Positions 38,941-49,534 of a stretch of DNA of 64,000 nt are shown piece after piece. Numbering within the stretch: position 1 is the stretch's first letter; each line of letters begins with the position of its first letter. Both the position numbers and the translations under genes were made by a program. This DNA comes from a virus. The notes under the pieces were generated by a model. That model was not told the origin of the DNA, ran no database searches, and worked only from the letters and a program-made list of their open reading frames with translations. The stretch covers positions 1 to 64,000 of the IMG/VR virus record IMGVR_UViG_3300009127_000250. One strand, written 5' to 3'.

Positions 38941-39001
38941 TTTTGTTCTTTTAACAATTGTTTTGGCCTGTGTAGCGTTCTATCTGGCCAGTTTAATTTG
39001 A

Positions 39002-39074
39002 CGCGGGAAGATCAGGTGATCCGCTTGGGCTCATATCCCAGGTCGCAGGGGTTCAATTCCCCTTCCCGCTCCCA
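39002..39074 (+). tRNA. tRNA-Met(CAT), initiator-like, with short D-arm
   Basis: C1:T72 mismatch, GGG/CCC anticodon stem, CTCATAT loop, GGTTCAATTCC, CCA. Confidence 0.75.
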
Positions 39075-39729
39075 ATTTAAAAGGGTTAAAAATGGACAAA
39101 CCAATTCCAATTCCGCAAGATGATCGGCCCATGATGCCAAAAAGCTTACTTCCTAGTTTTTCAGTAAAGAAAAGCCAGTTTAAGAAAAGCACTCATGGCA
39201 ACATGGCTCGCAATCAAATAGCCAGGCGACGTATGCGTCGTAAAATGGCCAGAAAATCAAAGTAAAGGAATCGCAGATAATGGTTCAAATTAATTTGTTG
39301 GATGCTGATATGGCTAAGTTAAAAGAACTGGCTAAAAAATTAGGTGTTGATGTCAATAATTCCAACGGTAACAAAGCTGTTTATAGGGACGGCCATGTTG
39401 ATTCCTGGTTTGTTGATATGATGGCTATTATTACTAAAGAGGTTTTACTAAACAAATGGATGCTTTAATGATCGAAGAAACAGTCTTAAAGGGCAAAGCA
39501 GCACGCTCAATGATTCAAAGCCTTGTCACGGTTTATGACAGACACACCGGTAAAGCCGTTGCAGAATATTCATGCTCTCCCAAAGAAGCGATCGTTGCCT
39601 GTTGGGAACAGCATCATGGCAATAACAATACATGGGAGTATGCTCAGAAAATTAAAGCCGAGGTTTATCCTTTGGAAAGAACTAAATTCGGCTGGATTCT
39701 CGGTAAGTTTTGGGTAATGGACTTATAAA

Positions 39730-40569
39730 ATGGCACGTTTTTTATGTAAACAAGCTAAATTTGAAGCAAAGTACAAAGGTGCAAGCGCGGGATTATTTAA
39801 TCCCGGTGCAGAAGCATATCGTATTTTGGGTGAATTAAACTACGGCAATGTGTTTGCTTATCTTTTCAGGCGTTTTGGATACCCATGTTATGGATGGGAT
39901 GATTATAAGGAATTAACTATTTACTATTTAACAACTTCCATGGACGGAGTTGTTTTAAGCATAAAGCCAAGTGTATCTACTGCCACTTCTTTTGGATATA
40001 TGCTTCGGCATGATGTTCACGCAAAATGCAAATTTGAAAGTTTCAAGCCGTTAGTTTATTGGACTAAAAAATTTAAAAAATGGGTGGCAATTAAGTACAG
40101 AATTATAGCCTTTGACGGTTTTTACGTTAATTGCAGTAAAAAAGAGATAGATCGCGCTGCAAGGGTTTGGATTCGTAAAAATTGTTTCAATAGAACGCCA
40201 ACACAGAAAGATAGCATTGCTTTTTGGGAATATAAAAGAAAGCAGTGCGATAAATTAAGAAAAGAATACCAGCGCATAGAACCAAGTTTTCCGCATCCTG
40301 ATATTTGGAATTGGCGTTCATTATCACCAAGCTGGACAAGTTATCAAGTTATGCAAGCACTCTGCGAAACCATTAAAAACTTACTTATCCCCGTTAATGT
40401 TAGGGATTGGTATATCAACATTCAAGGAAAAATCAGAAATAACCTGCCATTAATTCCCGATCCGGATGATCCAAATGAAATGATAGTTGACTCAGCACCA
40501 TATTCAGAAACGGCCGGCTATGGTGTTACGATTAATTCTAAAAATAATAGACCAGAGGTACGACTTTAA
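39730..40569 (+). CDS. Hypothetical protein
   Basis: 279 aa ORF. Confidence 0.65.
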   Translation: MARFLCKQAKFEAKYKGASAGLFNPGAEAYRILGELNYGNVFAYLFRRFGYPCYGWDDYKELTIYYLTTSMDGVVLSIKPSVSTATSFGYMLRHDVHAKCKFESFKPLVYWTKKFKKWVAIKYRIIAFDGFYVNCSKKEIDRAARVWIRKNCFNRTPTQKDSIAFWEYKRKQCDKLRKEYQRIEPSFPHPDIWNWRSLSPSWTSYQVMQALCETIKNLLIPVNVRDWYINIQGKIRNNLPLIPDPDDPNEMIVDSAPYSETAGYGVTINSKNNRPEVRL

Positions 40570-41490
40570 ATGGAAGCTGCTCTTAATTTCAATTATACAG
40601 ACGATGTTGAAGCAACCGAAATGCTGAAAAGCATTCATGCCGGTGAGTCAACATGGGATGATTATACATTTGAGCAGAAAGCTTATAAGGGCTGGTTCTG
40701 GCCGTATATGCTTCAAATTGACGAATTGGTCGGCAGTAAGCGCTGGAATTATTGGTTTAGAACCATACTGAACGGCGAACTATTTGATGAACCGATTCCT
40801 CAGATCAAGTTTCTTGGTCATGCTGATCCTGAACCAATGAAAAATCTACGTAATTGTTTGGAACATCATCATTGTCTGATGCACTCAGTCGGTCATTCGG
40901 AGTTTTTCGATTGGCTGCTATGGGGGTTCGGAGAAGGGAATGAAAAGCCGCGAATTTCCGAAAAGGTCAATGAGCTTTGGTATCGGACGTTCAACCTGGG
41001 CCCGTTTATCCAAAAGCCCCACGATTATTTAGGCGAGATTATTTCGGAAGCTAAGGCAGGCAAGACTTACTGGACAAACCCGAATGCTTTTTTCCCTACG
41101 CCACATCATATAGTCGATTTTATGACTCAAATGAGTTTTACAGATGCTCCCGAAGATAAAGATCAACACACTATGTCGGTCTGCGATCCCTGTGTAGGTT
41201 CGGGTCGATTTCTTATGTACGCCAGTAATTACAGCTTGAATTTATATGGTGTTGATATCGATCCGATCTGCGTTAAAGCCTGCAAGCTTAACGGCTATTT
41301 TTATGTTCCGTGGCTAGTCAAGCCGGTTAATTTTTTCGATGGTCCGCCGTCCGGTATTGTTCAAGGCAATTCACTAAAAATGGGTTTTTCAACAAATGCT
41401 GAAAAAGTCAGCCCTACTGAGAAAACCAGAACCATTGAGCGCAAACCCATAATGCCAAGGTTGATTAGAGATGATAACGACAGCGATTAA
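40570..41490 (+). CDS. N6-DNA-methylase-like SAM-binding protein
   Basis: FFPTP, DPCVGSGRFL, GVDID; no NPPY/F motif found. Confidence 0.7.
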   Translation: MEAALNFNYTDDVEATEMLKSIHAGESTWDDYTFEQKAYKGWFWPYMLQIDELVGSKRWNYWFRTILNGELFDEPIPQIKFLGHADPEPMKNLRNCLEHHHCLMHSVGHSEFFDWLLWGFGEGNEKPRISEKVNELWYRTFNLGPFIQKPHDYLGEIISEAKAGKTYWTNPNAFFPTPHHIVDFMTQMSFTDAPEDKDQHTMSVCDPCVGSGRFLMYASNYSLNLYGVDIDPICVKACKLNGYFYVPWLVKPVNFFDGPPSGIVQGNSLKMGFSTNAEKVSPTEKTRTIERKPIMPRLIRDDNDSD

Positions 41491-41938
41491 TACCAAGTTT
41501 GACGAACCTCAGCCGGTTCTCGATGGATCGGAACAATGGCCGGTTATTGGCAATGCCCTATCTGAACAGCAGCTCGCAAGTATCAATTTTCAAATGGTGG
41601 GTTTAACCCGTCATTGGAACTGCGAAACAAAGGTAAAGATTGTTTTGGACGTCATTGGTAGTGGATTTGTCGTTATAGGCTCGATGTATGTTCTCAGTCC
41701 AAATAATTATGGTGAGTATGGTTTTGAGTTTAATCCGCCTTTTGAGTTCCATGCATGGGTACAACTTCTTAACAATGATATCGTTGATGTTGCCTTGCCG
41801 GGAGTTATAGAAAAAGGGCTTAACACTTCTGACCATATAGGCCCGATGATTATTAACAGAGAACCAGCAATCCTTGCCGGCAGGCCACCGGATTGGCTGC
41901 AATATAAACCTATAGCGGTTTATAAGATTAAATTTTAA
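41471..41938 (+). CDS. Hypothetical protein
   Basis: Coupled ORF, FHAW motif. Confidence 0.6.
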   Translation: MITTAINTKFDEPQPVLDGSEQWPVIGNALSEQQLASINFQMVGLTRHWNCETKVKIVLDVIGSGFVVIGSMYVLSPNNYGEYGFEFNPPFEFHAWVQLLNNDIVDVALPGVIEKGLNTSDHIGPMIINREPAILAGRPPDWLQYKPIAVYKIKF

Positions 41939-41997
41939 TTGTTTTCACGGCAAGAAATTTGCCGTGTAACTATAATTTTAAAAAGGAGATTTACCAC

Positions 41998-43686
41998 ATG
42001 ACGGAAGAATTAAAGCACGTATTATTTGCCGACATTAACATCGTTAAGGGTTTTAATGTCAGGGGTAGAGGGCGATTCAAGGGGCCGGACTTTGATGAAC
42101 TTGTTGAATCGATCAAAACACAGGGCATTTTGCAACCGGTTCTTTTAAGGCCAAATGGCAAGGATTACGAATTGATTGCCGGTGAACGGCGTATCAAGGC
42201 TGCTAAGAAAGCCGCTAAGGGCAACGGCGGAGTGAAAGAGCTTCAAATTCCCGCATTGGTTCGTGAAATGACGGACGATCAAGCCATTGAGTTCATGCTG
42301 ACTGAAAATATTCAACGGGACGATCTGACGCCTTTGGAAGAAGCCGAAGGGTTCAAAAGGTATATTGACAACGTTGAAGACGCCGACATCAACGTTATTG
42401 CCGACCGCTGTGGGAAGCCGGCACCGTATGTTCAAAAACGGATTAAGGTACTGGAACTTCCAAAGAAAGTCCTCCAGGCATGGAACAAAGGTTTTCTTAG
42501 TTATGGTCATCTGGAACAATTTATTCGTATTGAACCGAGTGTTGCTTTGAAGCTGTTTAATGAAATGGTTGATGACCATGAAAGTTATGGACGCAAAACC
42601 AGCGTAGATCAACTTCGCCGTTCGATCAATAATTTTTCACCTCAGCTCAAAAATGCTAAATTCAAAACCAAAGAAGCTGGCTGTACGCAATGTCCTCATA
42701 ATTCGGACATTCAGAAGTCTTTATTCGCCAAAGATGATATCGAAAATATGAGCTGTTTGAAGCCGGACTGCTTTGCTGAAAAGCAAGGAGAACATCTAAC
42801 AAAGCACTGGAAAAAAACTGGTTATTATAAGGACCATAAAACTACAGGGTTTGAGTTCAACGAACAGGTTGACAGGGATGCTTACAGGGAATTCGGATTT
42901 GGTGACGGCAGTTTAAAGGAAAAATGCGCTTCTTGCGATTATTTTAAGTCCGTTATCCGGCTGGACGGAAGCGTATGGGCGCAAAAAGCTTGCTTCGGTG
43001 AAGAAAGTTGTTTCAACGCTAAAGAAAAACAGGCTCCGAAAGACCCACAGGCCCAAGCTACTCTGGATATGCAGGCTAAAAAGGAACGTACACAGCAACG
43101 TTCTCAAAAGCATGGCGTTGAGTTTCGGGAAATTCATTTTGAAACATCTATTCCAAAAAAGATTCAGGCCATCAAGTCGAACAATGAAAAGTCCTATCGG
43201 CTGTCTTTAATTGCCATCATCAGCGCCAGGCCGGAACTACATGAAAAGCTCAATGAAGATTTCAAGCTTGGCGGAAGCAAATGGTTCCGTATGGGCGACA
43301 AGGACATCGTTGATTTTGTCAATGGCCTGGACATTAGTTCGGTTAAACAACTTCTGCAAACCACGGCAGTTGAAACCATTATGAGTTCAGGATTTTCAGC
43401 AAGCGGCCGTTTCAAAATTGCTGATCTTGTCGGTGTTGATCTTCAAGCAGAATGGATGATAACCGAAGATTTCCTTAAAAAGAAACAAAAAGCTGAAATC
43501 ATCACTCTGCTCAACGATGATAAGTTCAAGATTGCAGAACGTCCGGAAATTAAGGACTACCTGGGGCAAACTCTTGGTAACGGCAGCTTTGAAGTTTGCA
43601 AAAAGGGCGAGTTGATCGATTTGCTTATTAAATCCGGAACTGATCTGGCCGGCATTGTTCCCGAAGAAATCTTAAAAGATTCTTAA
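41998..43686 (+). CDS. ParB/Spo0J-domain protein with long Cys-rich C-terminus
   Basis: GILQPVLLR, IAGERR, ENIQRDDL.PLEEA. Confidence 0.88.
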   Translation: MTEELKHVLFADINIVKGFNVRGRGRFKGPDFDELVESIKTQGILQPVLLRPNGKDYELIAGERRIKAAKKAAKGNGGVKELQIPALVREMTDDQAIEFMLTENIQRDDLTPLEEAEGFKRYIDNVEDADINVIADRCGKPAPYVQKRIKVLELPKKVLQAWNKGFLSYGHLEQFIRIEPSVALKLFNEMVDDHESYGRKTSVDQLRRSINNFSPQLKNAKFKTKEAGCTQCPHNSDIQKSLFAKDDIENMSCLKPDCFAEKQGEHLTKHWKKTGYYKDHKTTGFEFNEQVDRDAYREFGFGDGSLKEKCASCDYFKSVIRLDGSVWAQKACFGEESCFNAKEKQAPKDPQAQATLDMQAKKERTQQRSQKHGVEFREIHFETSIPKKIQAIKSNNEKSYRLSLIAIISARPELHEKLNEDFKLGGSKWFRMGDKDIVDFVNGLDISSVKQLLQTTAVETIMSSGFSASGRFKIADLVGVDLQAEWMITEDFLKKKQKAEIITLLNDDKFKIAERPEIKDYLGQTLGNGSFEVCKKGELIDLLIKSGTDLAGIVPEEILKDS

Positions 43687-43777
43687 AAATATCGTCGTTA
43701 TTTAACAAGCAACGTCGTTACTTTAATGGTAACGGCGTTGTTTTATGCCAATGGTCTTACTGAAAGTAAGGTGAACT

Positions 43778-44035
43778 ATGTCAGTATTAGATGAAGTTAG
43801 AGAATTAACGCAACATATTCTCGACACCGAACGCAATAGTTTTAAGGACAGTATCGGTAATTCCAGTTTAAGCCCGGCAGATGATTTTATCAATAAGGAA
43901 GAATGGCTGAAACTGCAAAACAAATGCCTTAAAATGCCAAATTCAAGATTGCATTTAGTAAAATTCGCAAGCCGGACAGAAGGCCACATTTTTTGTACCG
44001 CAGTTCGTGTTTATGAAGGTTTATTTGAGGATTAA
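43778..44035 (+). CDS. Hypothetical protein
   Basis: ORF downstream of operator/RBS. Confidence 0.55.
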   Translation: MSVLDEVRELTQHILDTERNSFKDSIGNSSLSPADDFINKEEWLKLQNKCLKMPNSRLHLVKFASRTEGHIFCTAVRVYEGLFED

Positions 44036-44037
44036 AA

Positions 44038-44487
44038 ATGAATTATTGGCATTATACTTTATGGGAAAAAATTACAAGCATAATTACTGATGGGAAGATC
44101 AAATTTGCCAATCCGTACAACAAGTCTGAATTACCTGCTGTATGGTTTTCTTCTAATTCGGATTGGGAACAAACAGTTAGAAAAAGCCTGTTAACAAAAA
44201 AAGGAATTTCCGAATTATTTTCACGCGATTCCCTTTATAAGCACAGCAAGTCCTATCATCAAATTCTGCCGGTCAGAATTGAACTCGACACTCAAAAGGT
44301 ATCACTCGTATCATGGGATGATCACAAGAAGCATAGCGGAATTACGAAAAAATTGGCATTTGAACTGGAAAGGTACGCAGAGAAATGGGGTGCCAATACT
44401 GATGAATGGGGAATTTGTTACACCGAAGTATCGATTAAGTTTTGTCATTTGCCGTTTGAAATTTGGAATGGCAGGCAATGGCTATAA
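44038..44487 (+). CDS. Putative ADP-ribosyltransferase-fold protein
   Basis: YWHYT....I...G.I....AVWFSS pattern. Confidence 0.45.
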   Translation: MNYWHYTLWEKITSIITDGKIKFANPYNKSELPAVWFSSNSDWEQTVRKSLLTKKGISELFSRDSLYKHSKSYHQILPVRIELDTQKVSLVSWDDHKKHSGITKKLAFELERYAEKWGANTDEWGICYTEVSIKFCHLPFEIWNGRQWL

Positions 44488-44540
44488 TTAAAAACAATCT
44501 TTTTTGTTATGAATCAAAAATCAATTCAAGTGAGGTTTAA

Positions 44541-45611
44541 ATGAACGATGTAATGGACAATGAAGATATTGGCAAAAGTATTCAAACTGGATTAACCCCG
44601 AAACAGATGATTCAGCTTTTAACGATAGGTGTCAAGCATTGCATGTCGATTTTGATTAAAGGCGCTCCGGGCATTGGTAAGACTGAATTGGTCTATGAGG
44701 CTGCTAGAAGGAACAATGCCCATGTCATTTTGAGCCATCCGGTAGTTGACGATCCGGTTGATTATAAAGGCATGCCGTATGTTCTTACGGACGAAAACGG
44801 CAAAGAATATGCCACTTTTTTGCCTTTTGGCAATCTAAAGGCTGCTATCGATGTCACAGAACCAACGATTTATTTTCTGGATGATTTAGGACAGGCAGCT
44901 CCGGCGGTTCAGGCAGCAGCCATGCAGTTGCTTTTGGCCAGAAAGATTAATGGCCATGATATTTCGAAGCACGTTACATTTATGGCTGCCACTAATCGCA
45001 AGAAAGACAAAGCCGGAGTCGCAGGTATATTGGAACCGGTCAAGTCAAGGTTTGCAACGATCGTTGAACTTATAGTTCACGCTCCCGATTGGATTGAATG
45101 GGCTTTACAAGCTGGAATACCCACAGAGCTTATCCATTTTATTCGGTGGAAAAATGATATGCTTTTTCAGTTTGAGCCTACCGCAGACCTGACCAATTCA
45201 CCGTGTCCACGGACAGTTGAAAATGTCGGCACGCTTTACAAAACAGGAATTCCTAAAGAGATTGAATTTGTAACTTATGCCGGAGCCGCCGGAGAGGGTT
45301 TTGCAACGGAATTTATTGCATTCCTCGATGTATTCAGGGATCTGCCCGATCCCGATTGGTGTTTGATGAACCCGCACCTTGTGGACATTCCGAGCTTTGA
45401 CGACAAGCCTTCTGTTCTCTATGCACTAGGCGCTGCTGTTTCCAAAAAAGCTTCACATAACAATATGGAAAGATTTGTCACATTAGCCAATCGGTTCCCC
45501 GATGATTTTTCAGTAATGATGATGCGGGATGCTCTGGTCAATGATGAAACATTAAAAGAAACCCGCGCTTATATCGAGTGGGTTGTTGATCACGAAGATG
45601 TATTAACCTAA
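44541..45611 (+). CDS. MoxR-like AAA+ ATPase
   Basis: GAPGIGKT, FLDDL, AATN, SRF, PRT. Confidence 0.85.
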   Translation: MNDVMDNEDIGKSIQTGLTPKQMIQLLTIGVKHCMSILIKGAPGIGKTELVYEAARRNNAHVILSHPVVDDPVDYKGMPYVLTDENGKEYATFLPFGNLKAAIDVTEPTIYFLDDLGQAAPAVQAAAMQLLLARKINGHDISKHVTFMAATNRKKDKAGVAGILEPVKSRFATIVELIVHAPDWIEWALQAGIPTELIHFIRWKNDMLFQFEPTADLTNSPCPRTVENVGTLYKTGIPKEIEFVTYAGAAGEGFATEFIAFLDVFRDLPDPDWCLMNPHLVDIPSFDDKPSVLYALGAAVSKKASHNNMERFVTLANRFPDDFSVMMMRDALVNDETLKETRAYIEWVVDHEDVLT

Positions 45612-45629
45612 AAAATAAGGAGCAAGTAA

Positions 45630-46562
45630 ATGGACGATCGTATATCAGCAATTCAAGAAGTTGCCATTAAGGTCAAACTCAATGTTAGTTGCTGGCCTGC
45701 AAAAAAGGAAGATAAAGAAGCTACAAAAGCCACGCATTTACAACAAGGCGCCAAGCAAGATGCCGGTACTTACCGCAAAAACATGGTATCCAAAAAGCAT
45801 CTCAAACCTATCAGGGACATTGAAACCGAAGCCAGGAAATTCCACAGGGAAGTCACGCTTCCATGGGGACAAGATGGCGAACGGGTACTTCCGGCCAGCA
45901 TGGTTGATGAATATACCGCTGAAATGCGAAGGCTTCATCAAGATTTTGATCTTGCGGTTGCCGAGTTTAAACAGAAATATCCGGCTATTGTTATCGATGA
46001 AAAGAGCACCCTGGGATCAATGTATAATCAAAGTGAATATCCTTCGCTCAGGGAACTTGAAGACAAATTTGATTTTAGGGTATCTATTACACCTATTGAA
46101 TCCGCTGATGATTTTAGGATTAAACTGTCTGAATCCATAATCGACCGGATTAAGGATGATGTCAGAAGGCAAGAAAACGAAAATCAGCTTAACATAACGA
46201 CAGATCTTTACAATCGGCTTCAAAATGTTATCGAAGATATGATTGGCAGGCTTACAGCTACCAAGAAAGATAAGAAAACCGGCGAAACGATCTATAAGAG
46301 TTTTTCATACACGGCACTTACGAACATTACCGATCTTGCCGCTCTCTTGCCAAAACTCAATATCAATAATAATTACGGCCTTTCAGAGCTTCATAAGGAA
46401 ATTATGGATAAACTTGGCAAAATTTCCGTTGAGGATATTCGTGAGAGTGAAGCCGTGAGGGAAGTTACTGTCCAGAAAGGCCAGGAACTTCTGGACGACA
46501 TTGGCCAGAAAATGAGTTTTTACACCGGACCCGTTGAACAAAATCAAAAAGAGGCCGCATGA
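45630..46562 (+). CDS. Helical phage protein associated with MoxR/vWA (DUF3150-like)
   Basis: TLPW, Y...YP..L..KF pattern and synteny. Confidence 0.55.
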   Translation: MDDRISAIQEVAIKVKLNVSCWPAKKEDKEATKATHLQQGAKQDAGTYRKNMVSKKHLKPIRDIETEARKFHREVTLPWGQDGERVLPASMVDEYTAEMRRLHQDFDLAVAEFKQKYPAIVIDEKSTLGSMYNQSEYPSLRELEDKFDFRVSITPIESADDFRIKLSESIIDRIKDDVRRQENENQLNITTDLYNRLQNVIEDMIGRLTATKKDKKTGETIYKSFSYTALTNITDLAALLPKLNINNNYGLSELHKEIMDKLGKISVEDIRESEAVREVTVQKGQELLDDIGQKMSFYTGPVEQNQKEAA

Positions 46563-46945
46563 AAAAAAGAGAAATAGCGGCTATTGTTTTAATGATAGCC
46601 GCTGCAATTCTTGCACAGTTTGAATTCACCGCAGCTACAGTAATTGCTATTGGATCCTTGGTTGTTGTTGCAATAATTATCTTAACTGTAAAAAAGGAAG
46701 ACCCGAAATTAAAAGGCAAATATTTAACAAACGAAATAACCGTAAAGATATCCTACACATTTATGGATCCGGCATCTCAAACAGCCCTCTGTGCGCTTGA
46801 TACCGTTATTACTATACCGCCACAAAAAGTAGACACGCCACCAGATCAGGAAACATACAAAAAGATACTCAATATGGCCGGAGAAACTTGGTTAAAAGAT
46901 AACGTACAGCCTCAATATCACATAATTGCAGTAAAGCAGAGCTAA
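46559..46945 (+). CDS. Membrane protein
   Basis: Two N-terminal TM segments. Confidence 0.6.
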   Translation: MKKREIAAIVLMIAAAILAQFEFTAATVIAIGSLVVVAIIILTVKKEDPKLKGKYLTNEITVKISYTFMDPASQTALCALDTVITIPPQKVDTPPDQETYKKILNMAGETWLKDNVQPQYHIIAVKQS

Positions 46946-46947
46946 CA

Positions 46948-48267
46948 ATGAAATATATAGACGAAATTCAGCAAAAAGCACTTAAAGCCCGTACTGGCCT
47001 TGTATTGGATCAACCGTTTTTCGGAAGTCTTTGTTTAAAGATGAAAGTCCATGAAGACCCAACCTGTGAATCTGTTTACACAAATGGAGTTTCATTCGGT
47101 TATAATCCGCAGGCTATTAAAGACCTTTCATTGCAAAATGTTAAAGCTTTAATGGCTAAGTCTGTCATTCACTTGATTCTCGGCCATCACGTTCGCAGGG
47201 GAAATCGAGATGAAAATAAATGGAAAAAGGCTTGCAATCTTATAGCCGAAGCCATCATCAAAAAAGCCAAATTTGTTCTACCAAATGAAGACAATATAGA
47301 TCTTAGCTATGTTAAAGATCACGTTGAAAATGTCTATGCCAAGCTACCCGATGATCCGGAAGGAGATAACGAAGACCAACAGCCGGATCCGGACGGTGAT
47401 GATTGTATGGACGGTTGTTCGGGCGGAAACGGAAGCGGCTCTGGTGATGGTGATGATAATGATGACCAGGGTGACCAAAATCAGGACGACCAAGATCAAA
47501 ACGACCAGGACGATCAAGGCCAAGAAGAATTTCCAAACGGCGAAGTCAGAGATCTCCCGTCACAAACCAACTCTGCTCAGGCTTCAAATTCGGAAAAAGC
47601 TAATTCTGAACAGGATTGGAAGATTGCAGCTATGCAAGCTGCCCAAACCGCAAAACAAATGGGCGATCTCCCGGGCGGCATAGAGCGTATTATTGAATCT
47701 CTACTTGAGCCGTCACAAGACTGGCGGGATGTGCTTCGGGAATTTGTCGAAAAAACGACTTATGGTGATTATACTTGGATGAGACCAAACCGCCGGTATT
47801 TTCCGCAAGGTTTAATACTCCCAAGTTTGGCTGCCGGGCTGGATTTACTCAAAGCTGAATGTGATGTTGATGCTTCCGGTAGTGTTTATGATAAGGAACT
47901 GGCACAATTTGGTGCTGAAATTTCAAATGTTCTTGAAGAATTTCCGCAAATTGAACTGACTGTTCGGTTTTTTGATACTGATGTTAAACACAAAGATACT
48001 AAAGTTTACACCCATGAGGATGTCCCCGTGGTTTTAGAAACTCAGGCGGGTGGTGGTACTGATTTTGTGCCAATTTTTGAAAATATCTACGAAATTGAAA
48101 AACAAACCGGAGAAAGTCCCAAATTCTTGATTGTCTTTACTGATCTTGAATGCAGCCGATTTCCAAAACAGCATCCGGATTTTCCGGTTCTATGGGCAAA
48201 AGTCGGCGACAGTGATTGGGCAGAAACTCCGCCTTTTGGCGAAATCGTTCAAATTGAGGTAGGATAA
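46948..48267 (+). CDS. DUF2201-type metallopeptidase-like plus vWA protein
   Basis: PFFG, acidic linker, DASGS MIDAS, GGGTDF, FTD. Confidence 0.85.
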   Translation: MKYIDEIQQKALKARTGLVLDQPFFGSLCLKMKVHEDPTCESVYTNGVSFGYNPQAIKDLSLQNVKALMAKSVIHLILGHHVRRGNRDENKWKKACNLIAEAIIKKAKFVLPNEDNIDLSYVKDHVENVYAKLPDDPEGDNEDQQPDPDGDDCMDGCSGGNGSGSGDGDDNDDQGDQNQDDQDQNDQDDQGQEEFPNGEVRDLPSQTNSAQASNSEKANSEQDWKIAAMQAAQTAKQMGDLPGGIERIIESLLEPSQDWRDVLREFVEKTTYGDYTWMRPNRRYFPQGLILPSLAAGLDLLKAECDVDASGSVYDKELAQFGAEISNVLEEFPQIELTVRFFDTDVKHKDTKVYTHEDVPVVLETQAGGGTDFVPIFENIYEIEKQTGESPKFLIVFTDLECSRFPKQHPDFPVLWAKVGDSDWAETPPFGEIVQIEVG

Positions 48268-49534
48268 AATGTTTATTAAGAATTTAGAATATGGCTATAC
48301 TCAGCTTCTTGACCATGCCGATGAAAGGGCTATGGTTGTAAAGCAACACGGCCCTTTTCATATCGGGGAGCAATTTATAGCATTGGTCGATGATAGGGAT
48401 AACGTAGCATCTTTTGTTCTGTCCGGCTATACAAACGAATCAATATGGGAGTGTATTTATACAGATTTTAAACTTGAATTGGTAAAATAATGCACATCAG
48501 ACGATTCTTAAAAGGCGCACATGAACATGCCGGAACAACGGACGGCACAGGTCAATGGACTCCTAAATCGGAATTCATCGTTTCTGGAACTTTTCACGGG
48601 CCTTGCAAAAATTACTTGAAACATTTCTACACGGTTAGATACGCCAGATTATTACATAAACACAAGCCCAAATTATACCAATGGCTACACATGATTACCA
48701 AGCCCCAAATATATATGGGCATGCTTGGTGTTGACCCTAAATCGGACGATGGCCGTAAAATACTGGCCGAAAATGTAGCGTTTAGAATGACCAAAAAGGT
48801 AGGTGGATGACGTTCAAAGAACAAGAAATGCTCGATCTTTTTATACGGATCATGGAGCAAAATCCGGTAGTTGAAAAGATAGTCACCATTAAGGAAAATC
48901 CAGATTGCGGACTATATGCCAGAATCAACGGCAATCCATGTGATATTCCCTGCTTTGCCGTAGCTAAAACAAAAGAAGACCATTGGTTCGGTCTTAGCAG
49001 AAAATCATGTCAACTTTTATATTTCAACAATAAGGATATTTTGTAATTTTAGTTCAAACCAAATCCGACACTATTAGCTATCCATTACGTATCAACACCA
49101 GCTACTTTTCCGCTTTTTGACCGTATCACAAATCGCATACGATTAAATTTGGCGGATTTTATAAATTGAAGATTCGGCATCCCCATCGATTCCAATATTG
49201 AGGTCGCCGAAGTTTGCGGTTCAAGGCAGTAACCTTCAATCAGGCTAAATTGAAGATTTGAATTTTATCCATGCGCGCCGTGATAAGTTGGAGAAAGCAC
49301 AGTTTTTAGAACTAAATGAAAGCTGTGATATCATCAGAAACCAGCAATCCAACCTAATTTGGCTTAACCACCAGATATAGTGGATTAACCGCTAACAACT
49401 CAATAGAATTAAGATTTGACGTTATACATTTGATGATATATATGATTTTTAATTATTCGAACTTCGTACTTAACCTGACCTGATGCATGAATTCTTTTGT
49501 TGGATCGAGATAGCTTTTTAAGGGGTAAAATATT

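Noticed and set aside
47380-47530. GAC/CAG-rich repeats as an array
   Set aside because: Low-complexity D/Q/N linker typical of DUF2201-vWA proteins
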